NCBI GenBank assembly: GCA_965213995.1
Contig: OZ243929.1
Coordinates: 1,807-65,806, forward strand
Origin: Gammaproteobacteria bacterium
GTDB lineage: Bacteria > Pseudomonadota > Gammaproteobacteria > Steroidobacterales > Foliamicaceae
Length of the DNA: 64,000 nucleotides
Reading direction: 5' to 3'
A program made the translations under genes and the position numbers. Below the pieces are notes generated by a model. The model worked only from the letters and a program-made list of their open reading frames with translations. It did no database searches and was not told where the DNA came from. Positions 44,634 through 54,194 of this stretch are shown in pieces (position 1 is the stretch's first letter; each line of letters opens with the position of its first letter).

Positions 44634-45524
44634 ATGGCTAAGCCGGAACTGGTCGAGCGGTTTCTGGATGCCATGTGGATGGAGCAGGGCCTTTCCCGGA
44701 ACACGCTAGCCGCTTACGCAACCGATCTTGGAGTATTCAGGCGCTGGCTTCGGAAGCGGAGCAGGTCGCTGGAGCAAGCCAGCAAGGCGGATTTGCTCGA
44801 CTTTATAAGCGAACGCGCTGCCGACGGCATTCAGGTCCGCACGCTTTCCCGGTTCGTGTCCACCGCGCGGCGGTTTTACGGCTATCTCGTGCGCGAGGGG
44901 GTGATGCGCCAGGATCCATCGGCGCAGCTTTCGAGCCCGCGGCTAGGCCGACCGCTGCCTCATAGCCTGTCGGAGCAAGAGGTGGAAAAGCTTCTTGCCG
45001 CGCCCGTGCTTTCGGATCCGCTCGGCGTGCGCGACCGCTGCATGCTGGAAGTGCTTTACGCCACTGGCCTGCGGGTCAGCGAGCTAGTCAACCTTAGCTT
45101 CAATCAGATCAATCTTGCGGGCGGCGTGCTGCGGGTGCGCGGCAAGGGTTCGAAGGAGCGCCTCGTGCCGTTGGGCGAGGAGGCGGCGGAGTGGATACGG
45201 GAGTTTATTGGCGGCGCAAGGGCGGAGATTCTGGGAGAGCGCAACAGCGAAGCGCTGTTCCCGACCCGGCGGGGCAAGCGCATGACCCGGCAGGGTTTCT
45301 GGCAACGGCTGCGCAAGCATGGCGCGGCCGCGGGCATGACGGAGCATCTCTCGCCGCATAGCCTGCGGCATGCCTTCGCCACCCACCTGCTCGACCATGG
45401 CGCCGACCTGCGCGCCGTGCAGATGCTCTTAGGCCACAGCAGCCTTTCCACCACGCAGATTTACACCCAAGTGGCACGCAAGCGCTTGCGCGATTTGCAT
45501 CGCAAGCATCACCCCCGCGCCTGA
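44634..45524 (+). CDS. xerD: Site-specific tyrosine recombinase XerD
   Basis: Near-collinear with the remembered E. coli XerD sequence: MLEVLYATGLRVSELV, KGSKERLVPLGEEA, LRHAFATHLL, GHSSLSTTQIYTQV and the C-terminal HHPRA. Confidence 0.93.
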   Translation: MAKPELVERFLDAMWMEQGLSRNTLAAYATDLGVFRRWLRKRSRSLEQASKADLLDFISERAADGIQVRTLSRFVSTARRFYGYLVREGVMRQDPSAQLSSPRLGRPLPHSLSEQEVEKLLAAPVLSDPLGVRDRCMLEVLYATGLRVSELVNLSFNQINLAGGVLRVRGKGSKERLVPLGEEAAEWIREFIGGARAEILGERNSEALFPTRRGKRMTRQGFWQRLRKHGAAAGMTEHLSPHSLRHAFATHLLDHGADLRAVQMLLGHSSLSTTQIYTQVARKRLRDLHRKHHPRA

Positions 45525-46501
45525 GCCGTGGTGAGCACCAGTTTTCCCTGGGTGAGGTTGGCTTCCATCATCTCGTGCGCTTCGGCGGCGTTTTCCAGCG
45601 GGAAGCAGCGCTGCACCACCGGGCGCAGCTTTCCTGCGGCCAGCAGCGGCCATAAATGCCTTCGCACCGCCTCTGCGATGGCGGCTTTTTCTTCGATATT
45701 TCGCGGGCGAAGTGTCGAGCCGGTAATCCACAGCTGCGATATCAGGATGCGGCGCACGTCCAGCTCGGCCTTGGGGCCGCCGAGCGCCGCGATCAGGACC
45801 AGTTTGCCGCCAGCCTTGAGGCAGCGGAGATTATCGCGCAGATAGGGAGCGCCCACCATGCAAAGGATCACGTCCGCGCCGCTCCCTCCGGTCGCGCGCA
45901 TAAGTGCCTCCGGCCAGTTCTCCGATCGATAGCAAGCGCCGGCCCAGGCTCCCAATTCGCGGCAAAAGCGCACCTTTTCCGTAGAGCCGGCCGTTACGAA
46001 AACGCGCGCGCCGAGGATGCTGCCGATCTGTATGGCTGCTGTTCCGATGCCGCTGGCGCCGCCGTGAACAACGAGCGTATCGCCTGCGGACAGGCCGCCC
46101 GAATCCACTAGGTTGGTCCATACGGTGAACCATGTTTCCGGAATCGCAGCAGCTTCAGCCAGCGTGACGCCCTCAGGCACCGGCAGGCAGTGGCAGGCGG
46201 GCGCAATGCAATACTCGGCGTAGCCCCCGCCCGCCACCAGTGCGCACACCCGCTCTCCAATACGAGGACTGGCCACATCCGGCCCCACCGACTCGACCTG
46301 GCCCGCCACCTCCAGCCCGGGCCAGTCAGGCGCGCCTTTTGGAGGCGGATAAAGCCCCTGCCGCTGCATGCAATCGGGACGGTTGACGCCGGCGGCCGCC
46401 ACCCGTATGAGCACCTCGCCTCTGGCAGGCGCCGGCCTCGGCCGCCGCTTGATGCTCAGCACTTCCGGGCCGCCTGGCTGGGAAATCGCTACCACGCGCA
46501 T
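45509..46501 (-). CDS. NAD(P)H:quinone oxidoreductase (zinc-independent MDR, PIG3/Qor type)
   Basis: GEVLIRVAAAGVNRPD and the Rossmann motif HGGASGIGTAAIQ. It converges on xerD with a 16-nt overlap. Confidence 0.85.
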   Translation of the reverse strand: MRVVAISQPGGPEVLSIKRRPRPAPARGEVLIRVAAAGVNRPDCMQRQGLYPPPKGAPDWPGLEVAGQVESVGPDVASPRIGERVCALVAGGGYAEYCIAPACHCLPVPEGVTLAEAAAIPETWFTVWTNLVDSGGLSAGDTLVVHGGASGIGTAAIQIGSILGARVFVTAGSTEKVRFCRELGAWAGACYRSENWPEALMRATGGSGADVILCMVGAPYLRDNLRCLKAGGKLVLIAALGGPKAELDVRRILISQLWITGSTLRPRNIEEKAAIAEAVRRHLWPLLAAGKLRPVVQRCFPLENAAEAHEMMEANLTQGKLVLTTAQARG

Positions 46502-46615
46502 GGGATCGAAGTATTGCGGGAAACGGTCGCGGGAAGGAGGGATCTGGCGTTATGGCGCTCGCGTGGGCAGTATAGTCCGCTTGCCCGCCGGGCGCGAATT
46601 GCTCAAGATACGGCC

Positions 46616-47677
46616 ATGTACGATTCACCCGATCCCAAGGGAAGCCTTGCTGCGCTGCCGGACGGCCTGCGGGATGTTTTCGGGCGCCCGTTGCGCGATC
46701 TTCGCATTTCCGTGATGGACCGATGCAACTTTCGCTGTCCGTATTGCATGCCGGAGGATATTTACGATCGAAAGTTCCGGTTTCTTTCCAGCAAGCAGCG
46801 CCTGTCATTTTCGGAAATACTCAGGCTGGCGCGCCTGCTTGCCGGGCTGGGCGCGAGCAAGCTGCGCATCACCGGGGGCGAGCCGCTGCTGCGCGCCGGC
46901 CTGGCCGACCTGGTGGGCGATCTTTCCCGGCTGGACGGCGTTGAGGATATCGCCCTGACCACCAACGGAGTGCTGCTGGCGCAGCAGGCAGCGGCGCTGG
47001 CCGCCGCCGGTCTGGATCGCGTGACCGTTAGCCTTGATGCCGTGGATGAAGAATTATTTCAACGCATGAGCGGCGGTCGCGGCCGTTTGCAGTCCGTTCT
47101 GGACGGCATGGCCGAGGCGCGCTCCGCCGGCCTTGATCCAATCAAGATCAACGCGGTTGTGCAGCGCGGCGTCAACGACAAGCACGCGCTGGAGCTGGTG
47201 GAGCGCTTTCGCGGCAGCGGAATGATTCTGCGCCTGATCGAGTACATGGACGTGGGGACCATAAATAACTGGAACGTCTCGCAGACTGTGCCCGCCGAGG
47301 AACTGGTGGAGCGGATTCACCGCGTCTGGCCCTTGCGCGCGCTAGGCGCCAACTATGCCGGGGAAGTGGCCCGGCGCTACGCTTTCGTTGACGGGCAGGG
47401 CGAGCTGGGCTTTATCACCTCGGTCACCCAGCCGTTCTGCGGGGCCTGCAACCGGGCCCGCTTGTCATCCGACGGTCGCTTGTTCACCTGCCTCTTTGCA
47501 GCGCAAGGGCTCGATTTGCGCGGGCCGATGCGGGCCGGCGCCAGCGATGGCGAACTGCTGGAATTGATGCGTGCCTGTTGGAAGGAGCGTAAGGACCGCT
47601 ATAGCGAATTGCGGGCCACTAAAGGGAAAATGGAAAGCGCTATTCCGAAAGTTGAGATGTATTACATTGGAGGCTGA
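46616..47677 (+). CDS. moaA: GTP 3',8-cyclase MoaA (radical SAM)
   Basis: LRISVMDRCNFRCPYCMP radical-SAM cluster and the C-terminal CGACNRARLSSDG cluster. The ATG at 46616 lies within the long track ORF. Confidence 0.92.
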   Translation: MYDSPDPKGSLAALPDGLRDVFGRPLRDLRISVMDRCNFRCPYCMPEDIYDRKFRFLSSKQRLSFSEILRLARLLAGLGASKLRITGGEPLLRAGLADLVGDLSRLDGVEDIALTTNGVLLAQQAAALAAAGLDRVTVSLDAVDEELFQRMSGGRGRLQSVLDGMAEARSAGLDPIKINAVVQRGVNDKHALELVERFRGSGMILRLIEYMDVGTINNWNVSQTVPAEELVERIHRVWPLRALGANYAGEVARRYAFVDGQGELGFITSVTQPFCGACNRARLSSDGRLFTCLFAAQGLDLRGPMRAGASDGELLELMRACWKERKDRYSELRATKGKMESAIPKVEMYYIGG

Positions 47678-47788
47678 TCGATATCTATTTTCTCCCAAAG
47701 ATGCGAAAAACGGAATGCTTGCGCCGTGACTTGATACCCCGGTTGGCTTATGATCCACCATCCGTTGCTGAATGAAGGCACAAAACGA

Positions 47789-48493
47789 ATGCATGCATTA
47801 TCAAGGTCCTTGGTTTTGGCTTGCGCCAGCGCGCTTTTCAGCTTTTCGCTGCCGGTCGCCAGTCAGGAAGACTCTGGTTTTAGCGGTAATCTGGCGTTGA
47901 CCACCGACTACGTGTTTCGGGGATACACTCAAACTTCGGAGAAGCTCGCCGTGCAGGGCGGCTTGGATTGGGAGAGCGCCGACGGCTGGCATCTGGGCGT
48001 GTGGGGTTCCCGCCTTGATTTCGGCGTGGGCGACGATGCCTTCGTGGAGGTGGACCTTTACGGCGGTTACTCTTGGCAGATCAACGATGTGGGTTACGAC
48101 TTGGGATTGATCTACTACGCGTATCCAGGGGCCGACAGCGGCTCGGGTTATGACTTCGTGGAGGTCTATGCGGGGCTGGGGTACGATTTCGATGCCCTTT
48201 CGATGTCCGCCGCCGTGCATTTCACGCCGGACAATTTCGGCGAAACAGGCGAGGGCTGGTACCTTGCCGGCGGCTTGGGCGCGCCACTTTCGGATGCGCT
48301 GAGTGTGGATGCGAATATCGGTTTTTCTCAGGTCACGCCGGATTTCGGGGAGGACTACCTCGACTGGAATGCGGGATTGAGCTATTCGCTCTCTCGGTTT
48401 GCGCTGGACTTTCGCTATTACGAAACCGACGCGCCGGACTGCGCAGGCTCCTGCGATTCCCGCATCGTTTTTAGCCTCTCAACGGCATTTTAG
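47789..48493 (+). CDS. Putative outer-membrane beta-barrel protein (family often found next to amtB)
   Basis: Signal peptide, LTTDYVFRGYTQTSEKLAVQGGLDW, alternating beta-strand pattern and a terminal F. Confidence 0.75.
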   Translation: MHALSRSLVLACASALFSFSLPVASQEDSGFSGNLALTTDYVFRGYTQTSEKLAVQGGLDWESADGWHLGVWGSRLDFGVGDDAFVEVDLYGGYSWQINDVGYDLGLIYYAYPGADSGSGYDFVEVYAGLGYDFDALSMSAAVHFTPDNFGETGEGWYLAGGLGAPLSDALSVDANIGFSQVTPDFGEDYLDWNAGLSYSLSRFALDFRYYETDAPDCAGSCDSRIVFSLSTAF

Positions 48494-48519
48494 ATTCCGA
48501 GCATTCGGAGGTGGTTTTG

Positions 48520-49908
48520 ATGAGCATACGCAAAAGCGCATGGCGCAAAGGTTGGATCTGGACCGGCGCCGCCGGGCTTGCGGCAATGGCGTTTGTTGCC
48601 CCAATTGCCAAAGCCGATCCGGCGCCCCAGCTGGATTTTGTTCTGAATACTTTCGCCTTCCTGGTTTGGGGGGCTCTGATCATGTGGATGTGCGCCGGCT
48701 TTACGATGCTCGAGTCGGGATCGGTGCGAACCAAGAACGCATCCGTGATTTGCCTGAAGAATATCGGCCTTTACGCCATTGCGGGGATCACCTTCTATCT
48801 GGTGGGCTACAACCTGATGTACGTGGATGTGGGCGATATTATCGGCACGCTTCGCTTCGGCTACGGCCCGTCGGCGGCTGAAATCGCCTTGCTGGAGGCT
48901 GTTGGCTCGGAAGCGGGGGATGCTGCGGTCGCCGCCGCCGCCAACGCCGTCGCGGAGAATGGCTACTCGGTCATGTCCGACTGGTTCTTCCAAATGGTAT
49001 TCGTGGCCACCACGGCCTCTATCGTGTCCGGCGCATTGGCGGAAAGAGTCAGGCTGTGGTCCTTTTTTCTGTTTACCGCGATCCTGACTGCGGTTATTTA
49101 CCCGATCGTGGGCGCTTGGACTTGGGGCGGCGGCTGGCTGAGCCAGATGGGCTTCAGCGATTTTGCCGGATCCACCATCGTTCACTCCACCGGCGGCTGG
49201 GCGGCGCTGGCCGGCGCTTTGGTCGTGGGGCCGCGCCTCGGCAAGTTCCGCCCGGATGGCAGCATCAAGATCACGCCGCCATCCAATGTTCCCGCCGTCG
49301 CGCTCGGCGTGTTCATTCTTTGGCTGGGCTGGTTCGGATTCAACGGCGGATCGCAGCTTGCCTTGGGAGGCGTCGAAAACGCGGTGGGCATGAGCATTGT
49401 GCTCGTCAACACCAACCTGGCTGCGGGCGCTGGCGTTGTGGCGGCGCTGATCCTGTCGCGGCCGCTGCTCGGGCGCGTTGATCTTTTGGCGGTGCTCAAC
49501 GGCGCCATTGCCGGCTTGGTGTCGATTACCGCCGGCCCCGACGTTTTGCCTCATTCCTTGGCTTTACTGATCGGCGCCGTGGGCGGCGGCATCTGCGTCG
49601 TCGGCATCAAGCTTCTGGAGATCCTCCGCATCGACGATGTGGTGGGAGCGGTTCCCGCCCATTTGCTGGCAGGGATATGGGGCACGCTGGCGGTCTGCAT
49701 CGCCGGCGGCTATAGCTTCGGAGTGCAGCTCCTCGGCGTTGCCGTTATTGGAGCATTCGTGTTCGGCGCTTCATGGCTGGTATGGACTCTGATCGAGAAA
49801 ACCGTCGGCGCCCGGGTATCGAAGACAGTGGAGGAGATGGGGCAGGATACGGCCGAACTCGGCATCGAGGCTTATCCTGAATTTGTCCTGATGCCGCCTC
49901 GGGATTGA
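48520..49908 (+). CDS. amtB: Ammonium transporter
   Basis: MWMCAGFTMLESGSVRTKN, GSTIVHSTGGWAALAGALVVGPR, LGWFGFNGGS and AHLLAGIWGTL. Confidence 0.93.
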   Translation: MSIRKSAWRKGWIWTGAAGLAAMAFVAPIAKADPAPQLDFVLNTFAFLVWGALIMWMCAGFTMLESGSVRTKNASVICLKNIGLYAIAGITFYLVGYNLMYVDVGDIIGTLRFGYGPSAAEIALLEAVGSEAGDAAVAAAANAVAENGYSVMSDWFFQMVFVATTASIVSGALAERVRLWSFFLFTAILTAVIYPIVGAWTWGGGWLSQMGFSDFAGSTIVHSTGGWAALAGALVVGPRLGKFRPDGSIKITPPSNVPAVALGVFILWLGWFGFNGGSQLALGGVENAVGMSIVLVNTNLAAGAGVVAALILSRPLLGRVDLLAVLNGAIAGLVSITAGPDVLPHSLALLIGAVGGGICVVGIKLLEILRIDDVVGAVPAHLLAGIWGTLAVCIAGGYSFGVQLLGVAVIGAFVFGASWLVWTLIEKTVGARVSKTVEEMGQDTAELGIEAYPEFVLMPPRD

Positions 49909-49977
49909 TGATGCGACCGCAAACTAGTATAGAATACACTCGCTTATGGCGAGCATGTCAAAATTTTTGGAGCCAAA

Positions 49978-50316
49978 ATGGATATTCCGATTGAGCGCAA
50001 AGACGGCACCTTGGTTGCTGTTCCTGCCGGTCGCATTGATGGATTCAACGCCCAGGATTTCCACCAGGCGCTGACCGGCGCAATTAGCGGCGATGATACC
50101 GCCGTGCTAGTGGATATGGGCGGCCTGAATTACATCAGCAGCGCGGGCTTGCGCTCCATTCTCATGATCGCCAAGGCGCTCTGGCAGCGCAAGGCCAAGT
50201 TCATGCTGTGCTCATTGTCCGGTTCCATCGCCGAAGTGTTCAAGATGAGTGGATTCGACAAGATCATTGAGATCCACGATAGCAAGGAGGAGGCGCTGGC
50301 CAAGCTGGGCGGCTAG
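49978..50316 (+). CDS. STAS-domain anti-sigma-factor antagonist-like protein
   Basis: 112 aa with the phosphorylatable Ser context LNYISSAGLRSIL. Confidence 0.85.
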   Translation: MDIPIERKDGTLVAVPAGRIDGFNAQDFHQALTGAISGDDTAVLVDMGGLNYISSAGLRSILMIAKALWQRKAKFMLCSLSGSIAEVFKMSGFDKIIEIHDSKEEALAKLGG

Positions 50317-50348
50317 CCAGTCCGGTCGAGCCGCGCCTCTCCAGCTCG

Positions 50349-52535
50349 CTAGTCTTGGCTTTCCGTTTCCAGCGATAGCGGAAGGCGCACGGTCATTTCA
50401 GTCGATTCGCCGGGGTCCGTCTCCACGGCGATCTCGCCGCCGTGCTGGCGCACGATATCGTTGGATATCGATAACCCCAAGCCGGTTCCTTGGTCGGTCG
50501 GCTTGGTGGTGAAGAACGGATTGAAAATTTTGCTTAGGATATCGTCAGGAATGCCGCCGCCGTTATCCCGTATCGAGACTTCCACGTCTTTGGCGGTGCG
50601 GCGCGTCCTCAGGCGAAGCTGCGGCTCGTAGCCGGATTCGTTCCCATCCGCATTCTCGCGCGCTTTGCGTTCGTGGGTCGCGTGGCAGGCATTGGTCACG
50701 ATATTAAGAAAAACACGGCCTAGATCTTGCGAAACCACGTTCATCGACTTCACTTCGTCGCTCAAATCCTCTTCAATGCTTAGATTGAACTCCTGATTGG
50801 AGGCGCGGGCGCTGTGATAAGCCAGCCGGGCATGTTCTTCCAGCAGCGCATTGATGTTGGTGGGCTGCGATTCCCCGGCGTCCCTGCCGATTTTGAGCAT
50901 GTCGCGCACAATGCGGTTGGCGCGCTGCCCGTGGTGGCGGATTCGTTCCAGGTTGGAGCTGATATCGCCGCATATCTCGTCGATCAGCCCCGGGTCGCCT
51001 TCGCCTTCCTGGCTTTTTTCCTCCTTTAGAACCTCCTTGAGCTCGTCCACTAATTCCACCGAGACTTCCGAGAAATTCTTGACGAAATTGAGAGGATTCT
51101 GTATTTCGTGCGCCACGCCTGCGGTGAGCTCTCCCAGCTCCGCGAGTTTTTCCCGCATGACGATCTGGTCCTGGGCGCGCTTGAGGTCTTCTAGCACCTG
51201 TTCCAGTTCGCTGTTCTTGTCGCGCAGCTCCTGCGCCATGCGTTCCACCAGATCCAGCCGCTGCGCCTTAAGCGACGCTTCCCTGAACACTTCGAGCGCC
51301 GCCGCCATGTCGGCCACTTCATCCCGGCCGCTCACATCGACTTTGGTCTTGAGGTCGCCTGCGGCCATTCGGCGCATGCGCCTTGAGAGGCCCTCCAAGC
51401 GCCTCAGCAGGCGGCCCACGAACAGCGAGCCCATGAGCAGGGCCGCCACGATTGCGATTCCGGTAACGCTGGCAAGCAGCGTCCGCCCGGTATTAATGGC
51501 TTCGTTGGCGATGCCGGTCGATGCCTGCGCGCTGTCGCGGGCGCCGCCCACCATGCTTTGGGCCGCTTCGCCCAGCTCGATTTCCAAGCTGCGGTTATCC
51601 GCCAGCAGATGCCTTTCCTCCGCCGCCAAGTACAGTTCCTGCCGCCGCAGCGCAAAGCCCGCGTCCTCGCCGCTTCCCAAAAAAAGCAAGCGCTCGGCAG
51701 CCGCCTTCAATGCCGTTTCCTCCGGCGGGTTGCGGAGCGCCGCGAGGTTGCGGGAAATAGCCTCGGATGCGGATTCAAAGCTCTCCAGCAGCGGTTCGAG
51801 CAGTTGCGGGTCGGTCACGCTGAAAGCCCGGTCCAGCAATTGCACCGCGTTATCGATATTCGCATTGAGATCCGCCAGCCGCCGATAGCGCGTCATTTCC
51901 GTTTCGGAAATATGTTGCTCGCGGGGGGCGGATTGCGAATTCAGATCCGTGTAGCCGGTAATGACGAAGAAGTACTGGTCGTCGATCGCCGGATTCAGTA
52001 TGCGCTGCAGCTGCTCATGCACCAACGGGACTTCCTGCTGCAGTTCCCGGGTCCGATTGGCGATCAGGAATCTCTCTTCCACCGACCGGTCAAGCTTTTC
52101 GATATTGGCGAGCAGCGCCGCGGCCCGGGCGCGCATCTGCTCAACGCCGGCATCGTCGATGGCCTGGGCGTCCAGCTCGTTGATCCTTGACTCGAAGACG
52201 CGCCGGTCGGCGGCCACCGATACCCGAACTTCGTCGAGTTCCTCAAGCGTGCCAGCCGATGCCAGCCTTGGCCCTGCCGCCACCAGCGTGCCGCTTTGCT
52301 CGGCCACCGCGAAGGCCCCTGTGATCTGGGGCAGGCTGCGGTCCACGACCAAGCGCTGGGTATCGGCCACCGTATTGAACGCAAACCAGCTATTGACGCT
52401 GGCCACCACGAATAGCAGCAGCCCGGCGCTGATGCCCAAATACATGCGCACCGAGATCTTGTGGCGCATCTCAGCGGCTCTGGCAAGGCGCGCCTTGATC
52501 CCGCCGCCGGTTGCTTGGCTTTGATTGGCGCTCAT
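50349..52535 (-). CDS. Sensor histidine kinase (2 TM, ~330-aa extracytoplasmic domain, HAMP, HisKA, HATPase)
   Basis: HAMP segment RRMAAGDLKTKVDVSGRDEVADMA, H-box LTAGVAHEIQNPLNF, and ATPase motifs DNGGGIP and GTGLGLSIS. Confidence 0.9.
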   Translation of the reverse strand: MSANQSQATGGGIKARLARAAEMRHKISVRMYLGISAGLLLFVVASVNSWFAFNTVADTQRLVVDRSLPQITGAFAVAEQSGTLVAAGPRLASAGTLEELDEVRVSVAADRRVFESRINELDAQAIDDAGVEQMRARAAALLANIEKLDRSVEERFLIANRTRELQQEVPLVHEQLQRILNPAIDDQYFFVITGYTDLNSQSAPREQHISETEMTRYRRLADLNANIDNAVQLLDRAFSVTDPQLLEPLLESFESASEAISRNLAALRNPPEETALKAAAERLLFLGSGEDAGFALRRQELYLAAEERHLLADNRSLEIELGEAAQSMVGGARDSAQASTGIANEAINTGRTLLASVTGIAIVAALLMGSLFVGRLLRRLEGLSRRMRRMAAGDLKTKVDVSGRDEVADMAAALEVFREASLKAQRLDLVERMAQELRDKNSELEQVLEDLKRAQDQIVMREKLAELGELTAGVAHEIQNPLNFVKNFSEVSVELVDELKEVLKEEKSQEGEGDPGLIDEICGDISSNLERIRHHGQRANRIVRDMLKIGRDAGESQPTNINALLEEHARLAYHSARASNQEFNLSIEEDLSDEVKSMNVVSQDLGRVFLNIVTNACHATHERKARENADGNESGYEPQLRLRTRRTAKDVEVSIRDNGGGIPDDILSKIFNPFFTTKPTDQGTGLGLSISNDIVRQHGGEIAVETDPGESTEMTVRLPLSLETESQD

Positions 52536-53773
52536 GGCCGCGTTTCGGTGAGCGGAACCGGAAGATACTCGCCTCCGGGATTGACCGCTGTGAGATAGAT
52601 TGCGTCCGAGCCTTGGTAATCCTCCGCCCCGAATTCCAGCGAGAAGCCTCCCAAGTCGATTCTGCCCGCGTCGCGCAGCATGGGCAGCAATTGGTCCCGG
52701 CGGGGGTCTTGCCCGGATTGCTCCATGGCCACGATCACCATGCGTCCGGCCAAATAGCCTTCCAGCGAAACGAAACCGGGCTCTTCATCCGGGGCGGTTT
52801 GCCGGAGCGCCTCGCGGTACTGCGCCACTATCGGCAGCGCGTTGCCCAGCAGCGGCGGCACCACCTGCGTCATCAGCAGGCCCGCCTCATTCAGGCTTTG
52901 CTCGCTTAGGTTGCGGATCAACGCATTGCCGCCGGCAAATGACGTGGTCATTTGCACCAGGGCCAGCCCCAGCTTGCTGGTCCAGTTCACGAAGGCCGCG
53001 ACCGGCGCGGGCGCGCCCACTATGATGACCGCTTGGGGGCTGCCTTCCATCACGTCCAGCAAGGTGGTTTTCACTGCGGTCGTGTTTCTGGGGTAAACCG
53101 CTGTGGCGACGGGGCTCAAGCCCCTTCTTTCCAGCGCCAGCTGGGCCCCCCGGAAACCGGCCCGCCCAAAGGAATCGTCCTGGTAAGCCACGGCAACCCG
53201 GCTGAGGCCTTGGCCGGAAAGGAAGGCGATCATCGCCTCGGTTTCCTGGTAGTAGGAGGCCCGCAGGTTGACCACGTTCCGCCATTGCCCGTCCCTCAGA
53301 AAGGGCGCGCCGGTGAAGGGCGCGATATACGGCACGCCGGCGGCGGACGCCACCGGCACCGACGAGCGCGCCGTGGGCGTGCCGACCGAGCCGATCAGCG
53401 CAAAGACTTGGTGCTCATTGATCAGCGCGCGAACGTTTTGGATCGCGGCTTCCGGCTCATAGCCGTCGTCCAAGGACAGCAACTCCAGCCGCCGCCCATG
53501 CACGCCGCCGTTGCGGTTGGCTTCGGCGAATGCCGCCTCGATGCCGGAGCGCATGGCCGTGCCCAAAGCCATGGCCGGCCCGCTGAGCGCCGCCGACTGG
53601 CCGAAAAGCACCCGGTCCGGCTCCACTTCCGGGCGCTCCTCGTCCGCATCGAAAACAGTGAAAACAGTGGGCTGCGCCGCGGCTGCGGCGGAAACAGCCA
53701 AGCCTAGGAAAATGGCCGGGAGGGCACGCCGTCGGCGCGTTGCGGGCAGCGGATCGCGAAGGCAGGAGGTCAC
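52532..53773 (-). CDS. Periplasmic type-1 substrate-binding protein (Leu/Ile/Val-binding-like) co-encoded with the kinase
   Basis: 413 aa with a signal peptide and an LIVBP-like pattern (FGQSAALSGPAMALG, LIGSVGTPT). It has 4-nt overlaps with both neighbouring genes. Confidence 0.85.
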   Translation of the reverse strand: MTSCLRDPLPATRRRRALPAIFLGLAVSAAAAAQPTVFTVFDADEERPEVEPDRVLFGQSAALSGPAMALGTAMRSGIEAAFAEANRNGGVHGRRLELLSLDDGYEPEAAIQNVRALINEHQVFALIGSVGTPTARSSVPVASAAGVPYIAPFTGAPFLRDGQWRNVVNLRASYYQETEAMIAFLSGQGLSRVAVAYQDDSFGRAGFRGAQLALERRGLSPVATAVYPRNTTAVKTTLLDVMEGSPQAVIIVGAPAPVAAFVNWTSKLGLALVQMTTSFAGGNALIRNLSEQSLNEAGLLMTQVVPPLLGNALPIVAQYREALRQTAPDEEPGFVSLEGYLAGRMVIVAMEQSGQDPRRDQLLPMLRDAGRIDLGGFSLEFGAEDYQGSDAIYLTAVNPGGEYLPVPLTETRP

Positions 53774-54192
53774 GATGCAAGCCGCGCTTTCAAAGTGAGG
53801 CGGTTGCGGTTCCCTTCCCGGGCGTAGCGGGCCTCGTCCATCATCTCCTTGACGAGATGCAGGCCCAGCCCGCCCACCGGTCGTTCCTCAAGTCCGGCCG
53901 AGGTGTCGGGCCAGGCTGGTTCCGTTAGAGGGTCGAAGGCTTTTGCCTCGTCGATAAAGTCGATCGTCAAGACATCTTCCCCGCAGTGGAGCCGGATTTC
54001 GATTTCCTTGGAATCATCGCGCTCGTAGCCGTAATCAATAATGTTGAGACCGACTTCCTCGATGACCAGCTTGACCTTGAACAGCAGCTCCTCGGGCCAA
54101 CGCTGGCGCTCGGCCAGCGCGTTGATCTCCCGCTCAGTCAGCTGCAGTTGCTCATGGCTGGCGGCGAAGCGAAGCACAAGCGTGTTTGCCAT
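53770..54192 (-). CDS. Anti-sigma-factor-type Ser/Thr kinase (RsbW/SpoIIAB-like HATPase)
   Basis: 140 aa with EEVGLNIIDYG and PVGGLGLHLVKEMMDE. Confidence 0.8.
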   Translation of the reverse strand: MANTLVLRFAASHEQLQLTEREINALAERQRWPEELLFKVKLVIEEVGLNIIDYGYERDDSKEIEIRLHCGEDVLTIDFIDEAKAFDPLTEPAWPDTSAGLEERPVGGLGLHLVKEMMDEARYAREGNRNRLTLKARLAS

Positions 54193-54194
54193 GG

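Noticed and set aside
46502-46615. Moco riboswitch upstream of moaA
   Set aside because: The 114-nt interval must also hold the divergent qor promoter. It is shorter than the usual Moco motif, and I could not find the conserved elements I remember. A covariance-model scan would be needed to be sure.
47678-47788. Sigma54 (-24 GG / -12 GC) promoter upstream of the porin-amtB pair
   Set aside because: Candidate GG...GC pairs have the wrong spacing and lack the TGGCAC/TTGCW context.
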